64,000 nucleotides of DNA from Chrysemys picta bellii (Eukaryota), in the NCBI RefSeq assembly GCF_011386835.1, contig NC_088815.1, forward strand, positions 14,942,001 to 15,006,000. Reading direction: 5' to 3'. Under the pieces are notes generated by a model. That model was not told the DNA's origin, did not search any database, and was given only the letters and a program-made list of their open reading frames with translations. The position numbers were made by a program, and so were the translations under genes. Numbering within the stretch: position 1 is the stretch's first letter; every line of letters begins with the position of its first letter. Positions 23,501 through 35,600 of the stretch are shown one piece after another.

Positions 23501-23997
23501 AGAGATCTGGTGGTTTCTGTGCCATTTTGGATTTTAGAAACCATGCTACTTTGGGGTGCCATCATTTTGAATTGGGACCATGTGTGTCATGAATCAGGTG
23601 ATCAATCCAGAGGAGTCTGTGAAATTGATCTAGAGAACTACCTATATTTCCATTTATTCAGCAATATCACATGACCTTGGCTTTTTTCTGTTTCTGTCTG
23701 TGGGGAGGAAAAGCTATACACAGTTGGCCTGGCATATTAAGGGACACAGAAACTGAATTAGATCCTTACTCTGTAACTGTCTCTCTTTGAAACTATTGTT
23801 ATTTTACATCTCTTCTGCACTTTGTCAAATAATGTATTTTAATCAAATTGTGCTAACTATCCATTTTACTCCCTAGGGGTACTACCTCTGCAGGGGAGGG
23901 CTTGGGTGCTGCAGGGGAAGAAAATAAAGAAGATACATTTGATGTTTTCCGTCAAAGAATGATACAAATGTACAGGCAGAAAAGAGCAAGTAAATAG
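7945..23997 (+). CDS. SUGP2: SURP and G-patch domain-containing protein 2, complete CDS (1098 aa)
   Basis: Coding exons 7945-8059, 9190-10788, 12178-12295, 14387-14895, 15084-15195, 18105-18625, 19648-19712, 20393-20529, 23877-23997; 3297 nt, phases consistent. Two SURP modules (PQRADRRVVETIEKLV...EYKYYRLKL; KTMETAEKLAKFVAQVGPEIEQF...SAFKFYRMKV), a G-patch ([29 protein letters not shown]) and C-terminus DTFDVFRQRMIQMYRQKRASK. Confidence 0.96.
8232..8531. mobile_element. hAT-type MITE (300 bp)
   Basis: TIR C(A)GGGGTCGGCAACC / GGTTGCCTACCCCTG; perfect 8-bp TSD CTTTATAG. Confidence 0.9.
8545..8945 (+). mobile_element. Old CR1 3' fragment
   Basis: ORF2 C-terminal remnants and a tail ...ttagatgatcac...atgaatctacgaatc. 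Confidence 0.7.
9190..10788 (+). CDS. SUGP2: SUGP2 large internal exon (1599 nt)
   Basis: Inside ORF 9117..10820; conserved block FGIEIIKWAGFHTIK...LFGREYIENLKAWL; acceptor at 9189, donor GTAAGT at 10789. Confidence 0.95.
9375..9549 (+). repeat. 30-nt coding minisatellite in SUGP2, (DYGRPASRDR) x5 plus a partial unit
   Basis: Unit GACTATGGCCGCCCTGCCTCTCGGGACCGG; TAT codons at 9378, 9408, 9438, 9468, 9498 and 9528. Confidence 0.97.
11537..11630. mobile_element. Short hAT-type MITE (94 bp)
   Basis: Perfect TIR TAGAGCCCTGC / GCAGGGCTCTA; perfect 8-bp TSD GTTATTCA. Confidence 0.9.
12329..12660. mobile_element. Tc1/mariner (Tigger/pogo-like) MITE
   Basis: TIR CAGTAGAACCTCAGAGTTA / TAACTCTGAGGTTCTACCG; TA target duplication on both sides. 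Confidence 0.9.
13448..13570 (+). mobile_element. Penelope-like element terminal-repeat (pLTR) fragment
   Basis: Same text as the arms at 16267-16395 and 35640-35762 (gttagtct..aaggtgcc...ctccttgttg...gactaacacggctac). Confidence 0.75.
13450..13490 (+). ncRNA. Minimal hammerhead ribozyme variant (PLE-associated)
   Basis: TCAT-CCGAAGA-A-GTGAG/CTCAC-GAAA-GCTT-ATGC; the core has C in place of U4; stem III is reduced to the palindrome AAGCTT. Confidence 0.6.
15451..15763. mobile_element. hAT-type MITE
   Basis: TIR CAGCGATTCTCAAACT / AGTTTGAGAGCCGCTG; TSD GTTTAACT / ATTTAACT. Confidence 0.85.
16267..16764 (-). mobile_element. 5'-truncated Penelope-like retroelement with inverted pLTR
   Basis: The minus-strand ORF fragment HINLPGHTIADLKVAILQQKNFRTRLQRETAELQFICKFDTISSGLN resembles the GIY-YIG endonuclease C-terminus. 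The two ends are about 82-bp inverted copies. 12-bp TSD AAGTCCAAAGCT (16255-16266, 16765-16776). Confidence 0.88.
16350..16392 (-). ncRNA. Minimal hammerhead ribozyme (intact core)
   Basis: Reverse complement: GCGT-CTGACGA-A-GTGGG-tattca-CCCAC-GAAA-GCTT-ATGT. Confidence 0.75.
18253..18309 (+). repeat. GAG/GAA coding repeat, poly-Glu (E11-DN-E6) in SUGP2
   Basis: Read directly in ORF 18067..18717. Confidence 0.95.
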
Positions 23998-26900
23998 GTA
24001 TGTGCAATGGACAAGTCTGGTTTATGAATTCCTGCAAATATTAAAATACTGCAGTTAAAAAGCCTTCCTTTGAACAGAAGTGTTACTGTGTTTCCACAAA
24101 TGCACCTGGGTTTTTATTATTTCATGAAAATCCAGAACTACTTTGGACTGCTGAATTACCCAACATCTTACTTTCTAGGTTTGACGCAAGAGACTCATTT
24201 GCTAGAAAACATGGACTTGCAAAAGCTGTTGTGTGAAAGGTTTTCGGCATGCTGCCAGTATGAAGAACACTTTGTGCTGTGGCAGTGAACTTGAATACTA
24301 CTGTACCAAAAACATTTTCCAAGATTAAAGTTAGCCTTGTACTTAGATGTGCAAGCTGACAACTTGGATGTCATCTTCTGAGGAAGAAACAACGGATTTG
24401 CTCTCAGACGTGCCTGTTTACCTTTCACTTTGGCCAAGAATGCCTACTATGTGACAAGATGGTTTGCTCCAAACAATGTAAGCAACACAAAAAATATGAG
24501 CTGGAAAACCAGTCTGCCCCTTTCTCAGGCTGAGAAGATTTTCAAATTCAGATCTCTTTGAGAGACGGTTTTCCTCACTACCAGATGTTGCTTTATTTTA
24601 CTAAGCTTTTTTTGAATGGCTGCATCTTTTGAACTGCTGCTATGATCTGGACAAAGCCGTTCTTGATATTTTTTTCCATTCATAGAACAATTTAAGAACA
24701 AAACCTTCTAAAATAAGCATGTAGGAATCCATGCCTACCTATGTAGGACTAACATAATGAATCCATATAAGAACACCCCAACTGTACTGCCTAACAAAAA
24801 TTTCAGCTGCTCAGATTTTCACTGCAACAAGCAAGCAGTACCAATTTCAAGTGTACTTCTTTTTACATGACTTTACAGGTCTTGCTCAATAAAATCTTGT
24901 ATAGTTTCTTTCCCTCAAAGAAATAAATCTGCAAACAAGGTGTAACTTGGATTCTGCAGAAGATTGGAACTATGTTTTAAAATAGTATTGGAAGTCAAAT
25001 ATAGAAGATCATCTGGAAGCCGAACATCTGTTTTTGTAAGTCAGAGCATCACTTTAGGGAGTCAGCATATTTCTAATCCTATTGAATATTGCTCTTCAGA
25101 AGTTCTTTGACTGCAGGACTCCAGGAAAATGAAACAAAACCTGAAGTTGTTAAAGAACTTTGTATTCCATTGTTCTCTCTTTATTTAAATCAAAGATGAG
25201 ACTCCAGTAGTATACTTTGTGCTTCAGTAACTACAACAAAAAAGCATTCTTGGTGAAGCAGTTCTGAAGAAATGATGGAAGACTTAGCAGTAGTATTGAA
25301 GACAAATGTTCAAGGTCTAGTTGGTCATTTATCTTTCACCAGGTTTGCATGTCAGTAAAGAATCCATGACTGGATTGCTCAAAGTGACAATTTAATAATA
25401 TCAGTTGCACTTTTTAGCCTGCTCCTTTTTCTCCATCGTTACACTTCTAAAAATAGTTGAGCCTTCACTTTTTTTAAATGTGACAATGGCAGATTACTTC
25501 CTCTTGAAAGAGAATTTGTCTTGATCTGATGTATGTTTGGCTTACTAGGTGTGCAGGTTTGTTAATGATTTCATCTGGCACTATGCTGCTTGTAATGCAG
25601 ACAGCTTACGGTACAGTCAATACAAGTACCTTACAGTAAAGCACCAGTGTCTGGCATTCCTAAATGATGAATATGCAAGAAAACTTGATCTCTAGTTATC
25701 AACTCACCTGTGCCTATTGAGCAAAGGACAGTCATCTCCTCATTCTAAAAATAAATAAACCTGCCAATTGAAATTGAAAGGGAGTATCTTAATTTTCATT
25801 CTTTAGCACCAAAACCTTTCCATTCCTGTAAAATCAGTTTACTTAGTTTATGAAAGCAAGATTTCTCTTTGCTTTGTGTGTGTGTGAAAGCAATAAGCTA
25901 CAATATCATGCCACAGTGTAATTTTCTGATCACTCAATTTCAGTAGCTTGAAAGCACATGACCGCTAAAAACAGCAAATAGAGAAATGATTGTCATGTTG
26001 GTACAGTTAAATTTTTCCATGAACGTCACGCTTCTCCACCTTTACATTACAAGAAGTTAGAGCATCCAGGACCTTAAATACAAATGTATGTTCTCAAAGC
26101 TTGCCTGATTCATCATACTTTATTCAAGATATTTGGTGATACTACAAAGATTTATCCCATAGGTTTTGCTTGGAAATGTTTAGAAGCATAAACCGCACAA
26201 TCATGTTGGAGAAAGGCTGCCTTTAAGTTCAGCTGGTACAATATTTGGCAGTATTACACTTACCTGATAGGTTCCTATTTGGAGATGTTTTCCACTGCAC
26301 TTTTTCCCTTTCCCGTGATTAATTAGACATTGTGTTGAATGCAAAAACAGAGGGTTTTTTTGTTTTTTTTTTTTAAAAGAGGAGTTCCACCATTCATGGT
26401 CTGTTGTAGAAAATGATGCTCTGGAACCAATAGTGTTGGCCGCAGAGTTATTTCTCAGACCCACTAATCTGGGTTTAATTTTCCTTTGTTTCATTGATGA
26501 AGCTGCCATTGTTGCTGTTTTACAATTATTTTATTTTATTTTATTCCCACATGCTTCCAGTTCACCTCTTCTTTCACATTTACATTTTGGAAGAAAATCT
26601 CTTGACTACATGCTGTGCTATTTGCAGAAAAAGACACAAATCAGTGTGTGGCTTCACACTATGTTGGGATGCATTTTCTCAGCCCCCTCGACCCTGATCA
26701 TTCTGGGCTGTTCTGGTTTAAACAGATTGGGCACAGTACCATTTGGGGTACATTTGCTGAACACCTACTTATCCAGTCTGGAAAAATTCAGTATCCAGAT
26801 TGGAAAATGGTACATTCCCTGCTGATTTCAACTCAATTTAGAGCAATTTCCTTGAGTATTATGCACTCTTGAAAATGAATGTGAACAGTAGTTCCTAAGG

Positions 26901-29880
26901 GAATCTTAATCTGCTGCCCTGGATAACTAGTATGGTCAATCTTTCTTGTGCCAAGCGTTAATTTTGGACAAGATATCAGCAGAGCAGCACTGGTGCTAAG
27001 ATTCCAGTGTTGCTCTCAAGTGGGTTTCTGTGTACCACTTTTATCTTGTTTTACCAAGAGATGACCTTACTCTCCTTTGGCAAAAGGAATTCCCCTCCCC
27101 CCCCTTTATTTTAACCTGCTTTTGCAGGCAGCTCTGATTTGAAAATTTAAATACAGGTACATATGTGAAACATTGTGCGGATACATTGCCTTGTTTACTA
27201 GTTTCTTTTCTGTTATTTTAGTTTCCAGGCTCTCTTCCATGAAGACTACAAGCATCAGTGAACATTTTAACTAACTTCAGTGGTGTGTCTGCTGTCTTTT
27301 GGTTGTTTTTACTGTTGATGATCTTGTAGAGCAATTTGCTAGTTTTTGTTCTGTGCAAATTGGCAGTAGTGCTAAGCTAGTAATAAGTAGATGCTTATAT
27401 TATTGGATAACTAAAGTTTCTTTTTAGTACAAGTAAAGATTGTTAGCATTGTTAATCTTTTAAAATCTGCAATAAATGTAGAGGTAAACCGTTTCCTTCT
27501 GGTTTCAATGATGTTTTGCTTGTGAATGTGGGAAATATGCACCACTTCTTTGGTACTGATACATGAAATTGGGATTATATAGTGTTCTATCGCTACGAAA
27601 TCACCCATTTACAGGGTTGCTTTTTGGATTATTTCAGAGCTATTTGATTTTCCTAGGGTTCTGGTGCATTAAACAAGGGCACCATGGTGTTACCTCTGAC
27701 TTGAATGCCAGTTCCAGTTTGTACCAGCCAGAATGTGAGAGTTACGTTCTGGGCTCCTACATCCCAGGAGCCAAACCTTATCTCTGTGATTATCGCTGGA
27801 GCATTGAGCTGTTTCAAACAACAAGCAAAAATAGCTTTATATATATATAAAAAAATAACTAAAATCTGACCATTTGGGGGGCAGGGTGGAGCCACAGCAA
27901 GGTGAAACATTTTATCAGTAATAGCTGCTGTACAAGAGTCATTCGAGAAGTAAAGCCTATTTGGTGTTTGGTAATTTGGGAAAGAGATACAAACCCCAGT
28001 ACAAGAGCTGTCCCTTGCTCCGGTACTGACAGTTCCTGGTAGCTGTACGGAGGTGGGGAGTACTAAGTGTAGGGTCAGGGGAGGGAGACTCCACATTTGT
28101 TTGCTTGAAAGGTGCCCTAATGGAGCAGAAGAATCTCCTGTGCAAATAATGCACTGTTATTTGAAACAGATGTGTGGGACTAATACAACTGTTCTTATTC
28201 TGTTGCTTGCATATCTTAAATGGTATGTAATACCAATAATATATTTTCTTCCTGTTTATAAAATTTACAAAAATCTATAGCATCTTTAATATATAAATAT
28301 TTAAAAATGAAGAAATATTAAGCTTCTTAAATACAGCACACAGTGTTTTTATTTGTATTGATGTTCTGTTCTGCTGTGGCTAAAGTTAGTTGTGGTTCAT
28401 TTTGCCCAAAATAAGTCTGGCCCTCTTCTAAATATAATAAATTTTGATGCATAAAAATACATTCTTAGATAATTTTTCATCTTCTATCTTGCATGCATGA
28501 AGATTCTGTACTATCCTCCTCATTCACCGTATTTCATGGCTGTGGCTGGTGAGTCACAGCCAGATTGCAGGGTTGAACAGTAGTCACTTAAATGAGAATA
28601 CATGTAAGGACAACATAACGTGATTACTTTTGAAATAAATAGCTTTTGTGAACCTTGTTTGGATAAATTGCTAAATGAGGGCAGGTGTGGAAAATGTTTG
28701 CATTAGCTCTGGGCAGTAAAGTCATTGCTGTTTAAAAAGCATTGACATCCAGTGTGCTCTGTTTAGCTTTGTGCCAGAAGAATGTATTTAAAAGATTGCA
28801 GTTTTGCCCTTGAACTACTGCATGGGCAAAGCCTGAACTCTGAAGGGCTGGTAGCTAAGGGAAGCATTATCCAGCTACTATCTCATTGAGTATTAATAAA
28901 GAAAAATGATTTGCATGTATCTTTTTATTCTGTCACTTTGCCTACATGTCCAAGTTTAAAAAAGACCAGCTCAGGCAGAAGCTAACGGTGGAAACATCTT
29001 AGACAGTCGGAATCATCTAGCATTCCCCATTTGAAAGAATTGTCGGACCTGTTATTTCAGAAAATACAATCATTTTTCCATATATAGCATTAGGAACATA
29101 ATCTATTTTAAAAAATTCCTGACTTTTATTGAGGCTACATAGTCAAATCACAGTACAATCAGTGGAAAACAAGAGCCACCTGCTATGGTGTTGTTTTAAG
29201 TCTGATCAGTAGCTAGGTTATTTACATATCTTTTTCCTCAGTGCTGGTAAAGCATGGTCAACTCTGATGTGCAACACCCCCCACCCAACACGCATACCCC
29301 ATATATCAAATATAGATTGCAGCTGTATTCTGTCCTATTCTGTAACACTTTAGGTCTGGCTGATCAGGACTATCCAAATGCAAAACCTATGCACAAACCA
29401 TTTATGTGTATTTATGTAATCTAAAAAAATGTGAAGGGTGTAAATATAAAGGAAGATAAACTATTTAAGGTGTATAACCTGAGATGGGATAAAGCTGAAA
29501 AGGAAATGTGCTAAATACTAGGAAAAACTTTTTCCACTCTGTCTACTTTATTTGAATAGTATCTTACAAGAAGTGAGTGGGAAAATACCATCTACTAAAG
29601 CACTTAACTGGAAGAGTCAAAACACTAGAAAATGTAGTGCAGTGGAGAAAAAAATCCTACATTATTAAGTCAGTGGAGTGGATGACTAATAGGTCTCTTA
29701 TCTGTAATTGATTTTCCTTGGGTTCTAATACAGCAAATTTTTAGGGAAACTTTGGTAAATATACATGCAATGGTGTCAGTTTCTCCTGAGGGACTCCTTA
29801 GTTACTCTATGGTTATATTTCAAGTGGGAGAAAATGTACCTTTTTAGTTGACTAAACCTTTGAAGGTATTTGGATTTATC

Positions 29881-30012
29881 ACTTGAAGAGGAGTGCTGTG
29901 TAGCTCAAAAGCTTGTCTCTCGCAGAAGTTGGTCCAAATACAAGATATTGCCTCACCCACCTTGTCTCTCTCATGTCCTGGGGCCAGCATAGCTACAACC
30001 ACACTGCAAACA
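29881..30012 (+). mobile_element. Short repeat, probably the pLTR of a second Penelope-like family with a decayed hammerhead
   Basis: ttgaaga-g-gagt..gctc-aaaa-gctt-gtc followed by gaagttggtccaa...cacccaccttgtctctc...gctacaac. Confidence 0.55.
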
Positions 30013-30150
30013 GCTATTAAAGTAGGTTTTCTATCCAGTGGCTCTTCTGAGATGAAGCTGGAGTGGATAAAAGTTTATTTCATCACGTGTATTTTAGTTG
30101 CTTTCCATGAGTACTAAAACAGATTATACAAAACAAGTTGACAGTCTAAG

Positions 30151-30352
30151 TTTCATAGATTCATAGATTCTAGGACTGGAAGGGACCTTGAGAGGTCATC
30201 GAGTCCAGTCCCTTGCCCGCATGGCAGGACCAAATACTGTCTAGACCATCCCTGATAGACATTTATCTAACCTACTCTTAAATATCTCCAGAGATGGAGA
30301 TTCCACAACCTCCCTAGGCAATTTATTCCAGTGTTTTCTACCCTGACAGTTA
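30151..30352 (-). mobile_element. CR1 3' end fragment
   Basis: Terminal repeats tttcatagattcatagattc followed by taggactggaagggaccttgagaggtcatc. Confidence 0.85.
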
Positions 30353-30699
30353 AGTTGCTGTCCCATTTTGTTGTTTGTTTCTTGGTATAATTCCCCTGTG
30401 CTTTTCTAGTGTTCTTTCCTACAGAATGGGTACAGCAACCAGGCATGAGGGAGGAAAAAAGGGCATTTAAAGAATTATGAAAGAAATTCACACCCGCTCA
30501 AGCAAAGCTCCACTTAGTTAAATGTAGTAGTATGTTACCTACCTCCCCTCCCTACAGTGCTTCAGCCCTGATCAGTTTGGTAGTGTCACCAATTTCAAAG
30601 TGCAGCCTAAAAGCAAAACTTGTAGCCGAAACACTTCTGAAACATGCCGGTGCCTTAAATGCGGCAGTTGCAGCCAGCAAGCCCCGCACACAAACACAG

Positions 30700-31700
30700 T
30701 GACTCTGAAAGGTTATCCTCATGGCTGATGCTCCTTGATGTTATTTTTTGCAAATTACTAGTCGAGAACATACCTCCTTGGCCTTTTGGCGGCTTGCTGT
30801 GACGCTGTAGCTCCTGGCGGGATAGCAGTTCTTCGCTTTACCGCACCCACCGCGGCCCCCGGGGGCTGTCCGGCTTTAGGGGCACGAGGCGGGGCTGCTG
30901 CGAGCCTCGGAGACTTTTCCAGTCCAGGCGCCAGACGGACCCACCTTCCGCCTGCTCCCCGCCACGTGCAGCGGGTGCTTTCATCTTGCGTGGGGCAGAG
31001 GCGAGTGGCAATGACTGCCCCTTTCCCGCGGGGGCCGGAGCGCTCCGAGCGGCTTGGGGGGGCCGGGTGCGGGGCCGGAGAGGGCCCTGCGCCCTGGGGG
31101 GAGCGGGGCTGGGAGCGGGGTTGTGGCGCCGCGGGAATCTGGGGCGCGTGGGGGCCCAACCGTCTCCTCCCGGGTAATGCGGCAGTTGGGGGGCGGGGGT
31201 GGCTCCAGGGCTGGAGTGAGGTGGGGCTGGCTGAGGGGGTTCCCTGAGGGTTGGAAGGGGAGCTGGGGGGGGGTCAGGATGTGAGATGGGGGGTGGCCCT
31301 GGTTTCCTGGAGGGAGGGGTGGGGCTGTGGAGGTTCTTGGGGGATTGGGGGGGGGATCAGGGTGCTGGAGGGGTCTCGCAGGCTCCATTGGGACCTGCTT
31401 TGCAGTGTATTTGCGAGTCACTGAGGCTCCATTACCCTCTACCAGCCCCCCCTCCACTCCCCAGGAGCCGTAGAAGGGGTTGGATTGGGGGGGCTGGGTG
31501 ATGGCGAAGGCCCCCCACCCGCCAGCGTGCCCTGGCCTTCCTTTCTCCTGCGAGGGGAAAACTGTGTTGGAGACGCCCCCATCCTGCGGGCGAGCGTCGT
31601 TCCCACAGCCCAGAGCCCCTTTCGGGTGCAGCCTGGTGAAGGGGTAAACGGGTGGGAGAAGGAACTGGAGGCTGGGATCGTTTGTTAGAACGTCTACTAA
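30700..31700 (+). promoter_or_regulatory. CpG island, probable promoter / non-coding first exon of the semaphorin gene
   Basis: GC/CpG-rich island about 1 kb upstream of the signal-peptide exon; CACGTG E-box near 30963; G-run rich segment 31250-31350. Confidence 0.7.
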
Positions 31701-32614
31701 GTAACTGAGACCTTGTGGACTTCACACAATATAGGCTTTTGAGCTCTGTCCAGTGATGCCCTCCTATCAGGAGTGGCATTAGGGGGTAGAAAGTGGGGCA
31801 GTTGCCAGGGGCCCCATGCCACTGGGGGCCCTACGAAGCTAAGTTAGATGATCAAGCTTTGGTTTGAGCCCTGGGTGGCGGGGTTCGGGCTTGGGCCGCT
31901 TAGTTTCTGGCCTGGGCGCCAGCAATCTAATGCCGGCCCTGCCTCCCACCTACCCACACGCCTTTCCGTTCACTTTGGTACAATTGCACAAAGAACATAT
32001 TTCAGATCCTTTCTCTCCCAAAAGGAGACCATGGATTCAGATAAAGTCTACCACTGTGGAACAAAGACCTGAAACACAGCTGAGACAGAAACATGCAAAA
32101 GCAAAAATAATCTAAACGAAAGCTGCGCACATTGTTACGTTACCTCTGTTGTGTCTACTTATTGCAGGATGCAGTAGATCTGATCAAAACATTCATCCAT
32201 ACAGACAAAGGTTGACTAGTGTCAGGTAGGAATGGCTACCAATGTACAAGGTAGCTGTATAATACAAACGAAAAAAGCCTTTTAAGAGTGCAGAATACAT
32301 TTTTGTTAGGAACGCTAAGGTAATTGATCTTTGTTTAATCAGTCGAAGGTAATCAGTTGAATTGATCTTAAACTGCTTTTAATTTTAGGGTATGTCTAGT
32401 GGATGTTGGTGAAAAAGTTTATTTGCAAATAGAACAATTTAAAAGGCTATTTTGATTTGCACAAGCTTCATAAAATGTTAAAAACTACAGATATTTACAT
32501 CTGAGACCTCCTAACAAGATATTTTCAAGAACCATACAGAAAATGCTGACTGTAAATATTCAAATTTCAAGGAATTAAAACTAGATAGATTATATTCTAA
32601 CTGGATTTCTGAAA

Positions 32615-35600
32615 ATGAGTGGCACCCCCGCTGTCCTCTGTCTCTCTCTTGTTTATGGATTAATGCAACAGATGGAAGCCTCTATCCTGAGCTGCATTCC
32701 CAGAAAAACAGTAACATACCAAAGTAAGTGTGATAAAACTCTTGTGTTAAAGATACATGCTGAAGAGTAGTAGGGTTCCCTCTGTGTGGTAGGGATGTAA
32801 GAATTGTCAGCTAAAGTAACTGAAACAACAATTACTTTATTTTCAGTTAGCTTTTGACCAGGACTAGGATACTAGTCTTATGAACTCCAATCTCTTGAAT
32901 GCTATGATATCCTATCTTTAATCCCCACAAGATGTTTTCACATGTTAGGCTTTATGTGTCATCTGAAAGATGGTATTTTCAATAACACAGTGTCACCTAA
33001 CACCAAGTTGAGGCATTGATTTTCAGTACAGGCTCAGAGAAAAGAATGCCACCTACTGCATAACCAACCCATCTTTTGTCATCCCTTAGCATTTCCCCAT
33101 CCAAGTACTGACACATTCCAAATCTACTTAACTTGTGAGATCTAACAGGTAGAAGAGTTTCGCTTTTCATGCAAAGAACCCTTTGTGATAATCTTGAAGA
33201 CAACACAGTTTTCAACACCATTGGTCACTCTTTCTCCCCCAGATTCTTGTATGCATGTTCTGCTGTGATTTACCCTAACATTAAATCTCGTGGCTGGAGA
33301 CTTTGGTGTCCAGTTAATAATGATTTTGTGTTGGTTATGTTTCTATAGAACAGTGGAAATAAAATATCTATATATAATGAAAATTATTTAAAACACGATC
33401 CTGGAAAATGTGAATAAAATATAAGCCTTTGTCTCACTGCTATCCCTTTTTCAGTCTGGTATTTTTGTTTCATGACAATGGTATTTTAGCAGCAAATAAT
33501 TTTTAAAATAACTTTATAACTTGTATGTTTTTAGATGGAAATATAAAAACTTTTCTGAAACCAGGATTATCCAATTTTTCCACACTCTTGGTGAGTGAAG
33601 AAACTGATATCTTATTTGTTGGAGCCAGAGATGCAATATTTGCACTTGACTTGAATGACATCTCAAGAGAAATAGCCAATGTAAGCTGAACTATTTATCC
33701 CTTTTTAAAAAACTTGTCTTGCTTAAGGCTGTATTTTTTCTGAAATTTAATTTTCAGATCTTTAAAGACAACAAAGCAATGTCTTGCAACTGTTAGTAGG
33801 AGACGGATGTTCACTCCTCTGATCTGGGGAATTACAACTGTCTGTGAAGTTTTTCCGGTAGGAATATTGAGCACTGTACTTAAGAGGTTACAAATTCAGT
33901 GTAGTGCTCAGTGATGATAATGGACCTTTCAGATCTGGGAAAATGTAGAGCAAAGGCCAAATCCTTACTCCTGTGACTGGGCCTTCTGTAAGTAGAACCG
34001 TTGAAAGCAGCTGAACTACTTATCCTTATTCACATGAGTAAGAGTTTGCCAGATTGGGATCAATGTGCTTAATGCATATGAGTGCGTGTTGTAATGACAA
34101 TAAAAGTAAGGACCTTTTTGTATGTTTTGCTTCTTGGTGCTGCAAAATGTTGAGCATCACTGAGTTTAGTTGGAAATGAGATTGCTCAGAACCTCAGGTT
34201 TCAGAATGGCAGCCATGTTAGTCTGTATCAGCAAAAACAACGAGGAGTCCTTGTGGCACCTTAGAGACTAACACATTTATTTGGGCGTAAGCTTTCGTGG
34301 GCTAGAACCCACTTCATCAGATGCATGGAGTGGAAAATACAGTAGGCAGATATATGATGAGATAACTGGCTCTGTGGATGAGGGGAAAGCAGTGGACGTG
34401 TTATTCCTTGACTTTAGCAAAGCTTTTGATATGGTGTCCCACAGTATTCTTCCCAGCAAGTTAAAGAAGTATGGGCTGGATGAATGGACTATAAGGTGGA
34501 TAGAAAGCTGGCTAGATCATCGGGCTCAACGGGTAGTGATCAACGGCTCCATGTCTACTTGGGAGCCGGTATAAGCGGAGTGCCCCAAGGGTCAGCCTGG
34601 GGCTGGTTTTGTTCAATATCTTCATTAATGATCCGGAGGATGGTGTGGATTGCACCCTCAGCAAGTTTGCAGATGACACTAAACTGGGAGGAGTGGTAGA
34701 TACGCTGGAGGGTAGGGATAGGATACAGAGGGACCTAGACAAATTAGAGGATTGGGCCAAAAGAAATCTGATGAGGTTCAACAAGGACAAGTGCAGAGTC
34801 CTGCACTTAGGACGGAAGAATCCCATGCACTGCTACAGACGTGGGACCGAGTGGCTAGGCAGCAGTTCTGCAGAAAAGGACCTGGGAGTTACAGTGGGGA
34901 TGAGAAGCTGGATATGAGTCAACAGTGTGCCCTTGTTGCCAAGAAGGCTAAGGGCATTTTGGGCTTATGAGTAGGGGCATTACCAGCAGATTGAGAGACG
35001 TGATCATTCCCCTCTATTCGACATTGGTGAGGCCTTATCTGGAGTATTGTGTCCAGTTTTGGGCTCCACACTACAAGAAGGATGTGGAAAAATTGGAAAG
35101 AGTCCAGCGGAGGGCAACAAAAATGATTAGGGAGCTGGAGCACATGACTTAGGAGGAAAGGCTCAGGGAACTGGGATTGTTTAGTCTGCAGAAGAGAAGA
35201 ATGAGGGGGGGATATGATAGCTGTTTTCAACTACCTGAAAGGGGGTTCCAAAGAGGATGGATCTAGACTGTTCTCAGGGGTGGCAGATGACAGAACAAGG
35301 AGCAATGGTCTCAAGTTGCAGTGGGGGAGGTTTAGGTTGGATATTAGGAAACACTATTTCACTAGGAGGGTGGTGAAGCACTGGAATGGGTTCCCTAAGA
35401 AGGTGGTAGAATCTCCATCCTTAGAGGTTTTTAAGGTCGGACTTGACAAAACCCTGGCTGGGATGATTTAGTTGGGGATTGGTCCTGCTTTGAGCAGGGG
35501 GTTGGACTAGATGACCTCCTGAGGTCCCTTCCAACCTTGATATTCTATGATACACAGTACATGAAAAGATGGGAATCGACTGACCCCCCCACTCGGTAAC

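Noticed and set aside
27128-27157. Possible 30-nt micro-exon (tttgcag|...tacag|gtacat) in the SUGP2 3' region
   Set aside because: Splice-like motifs alone; non-coding context and no way to support usage from sequence.
30758-31779. Cluster of 60-158 aa ORFs
   Set aside because: Same CpG-island artefact at the semaphorin promoter.
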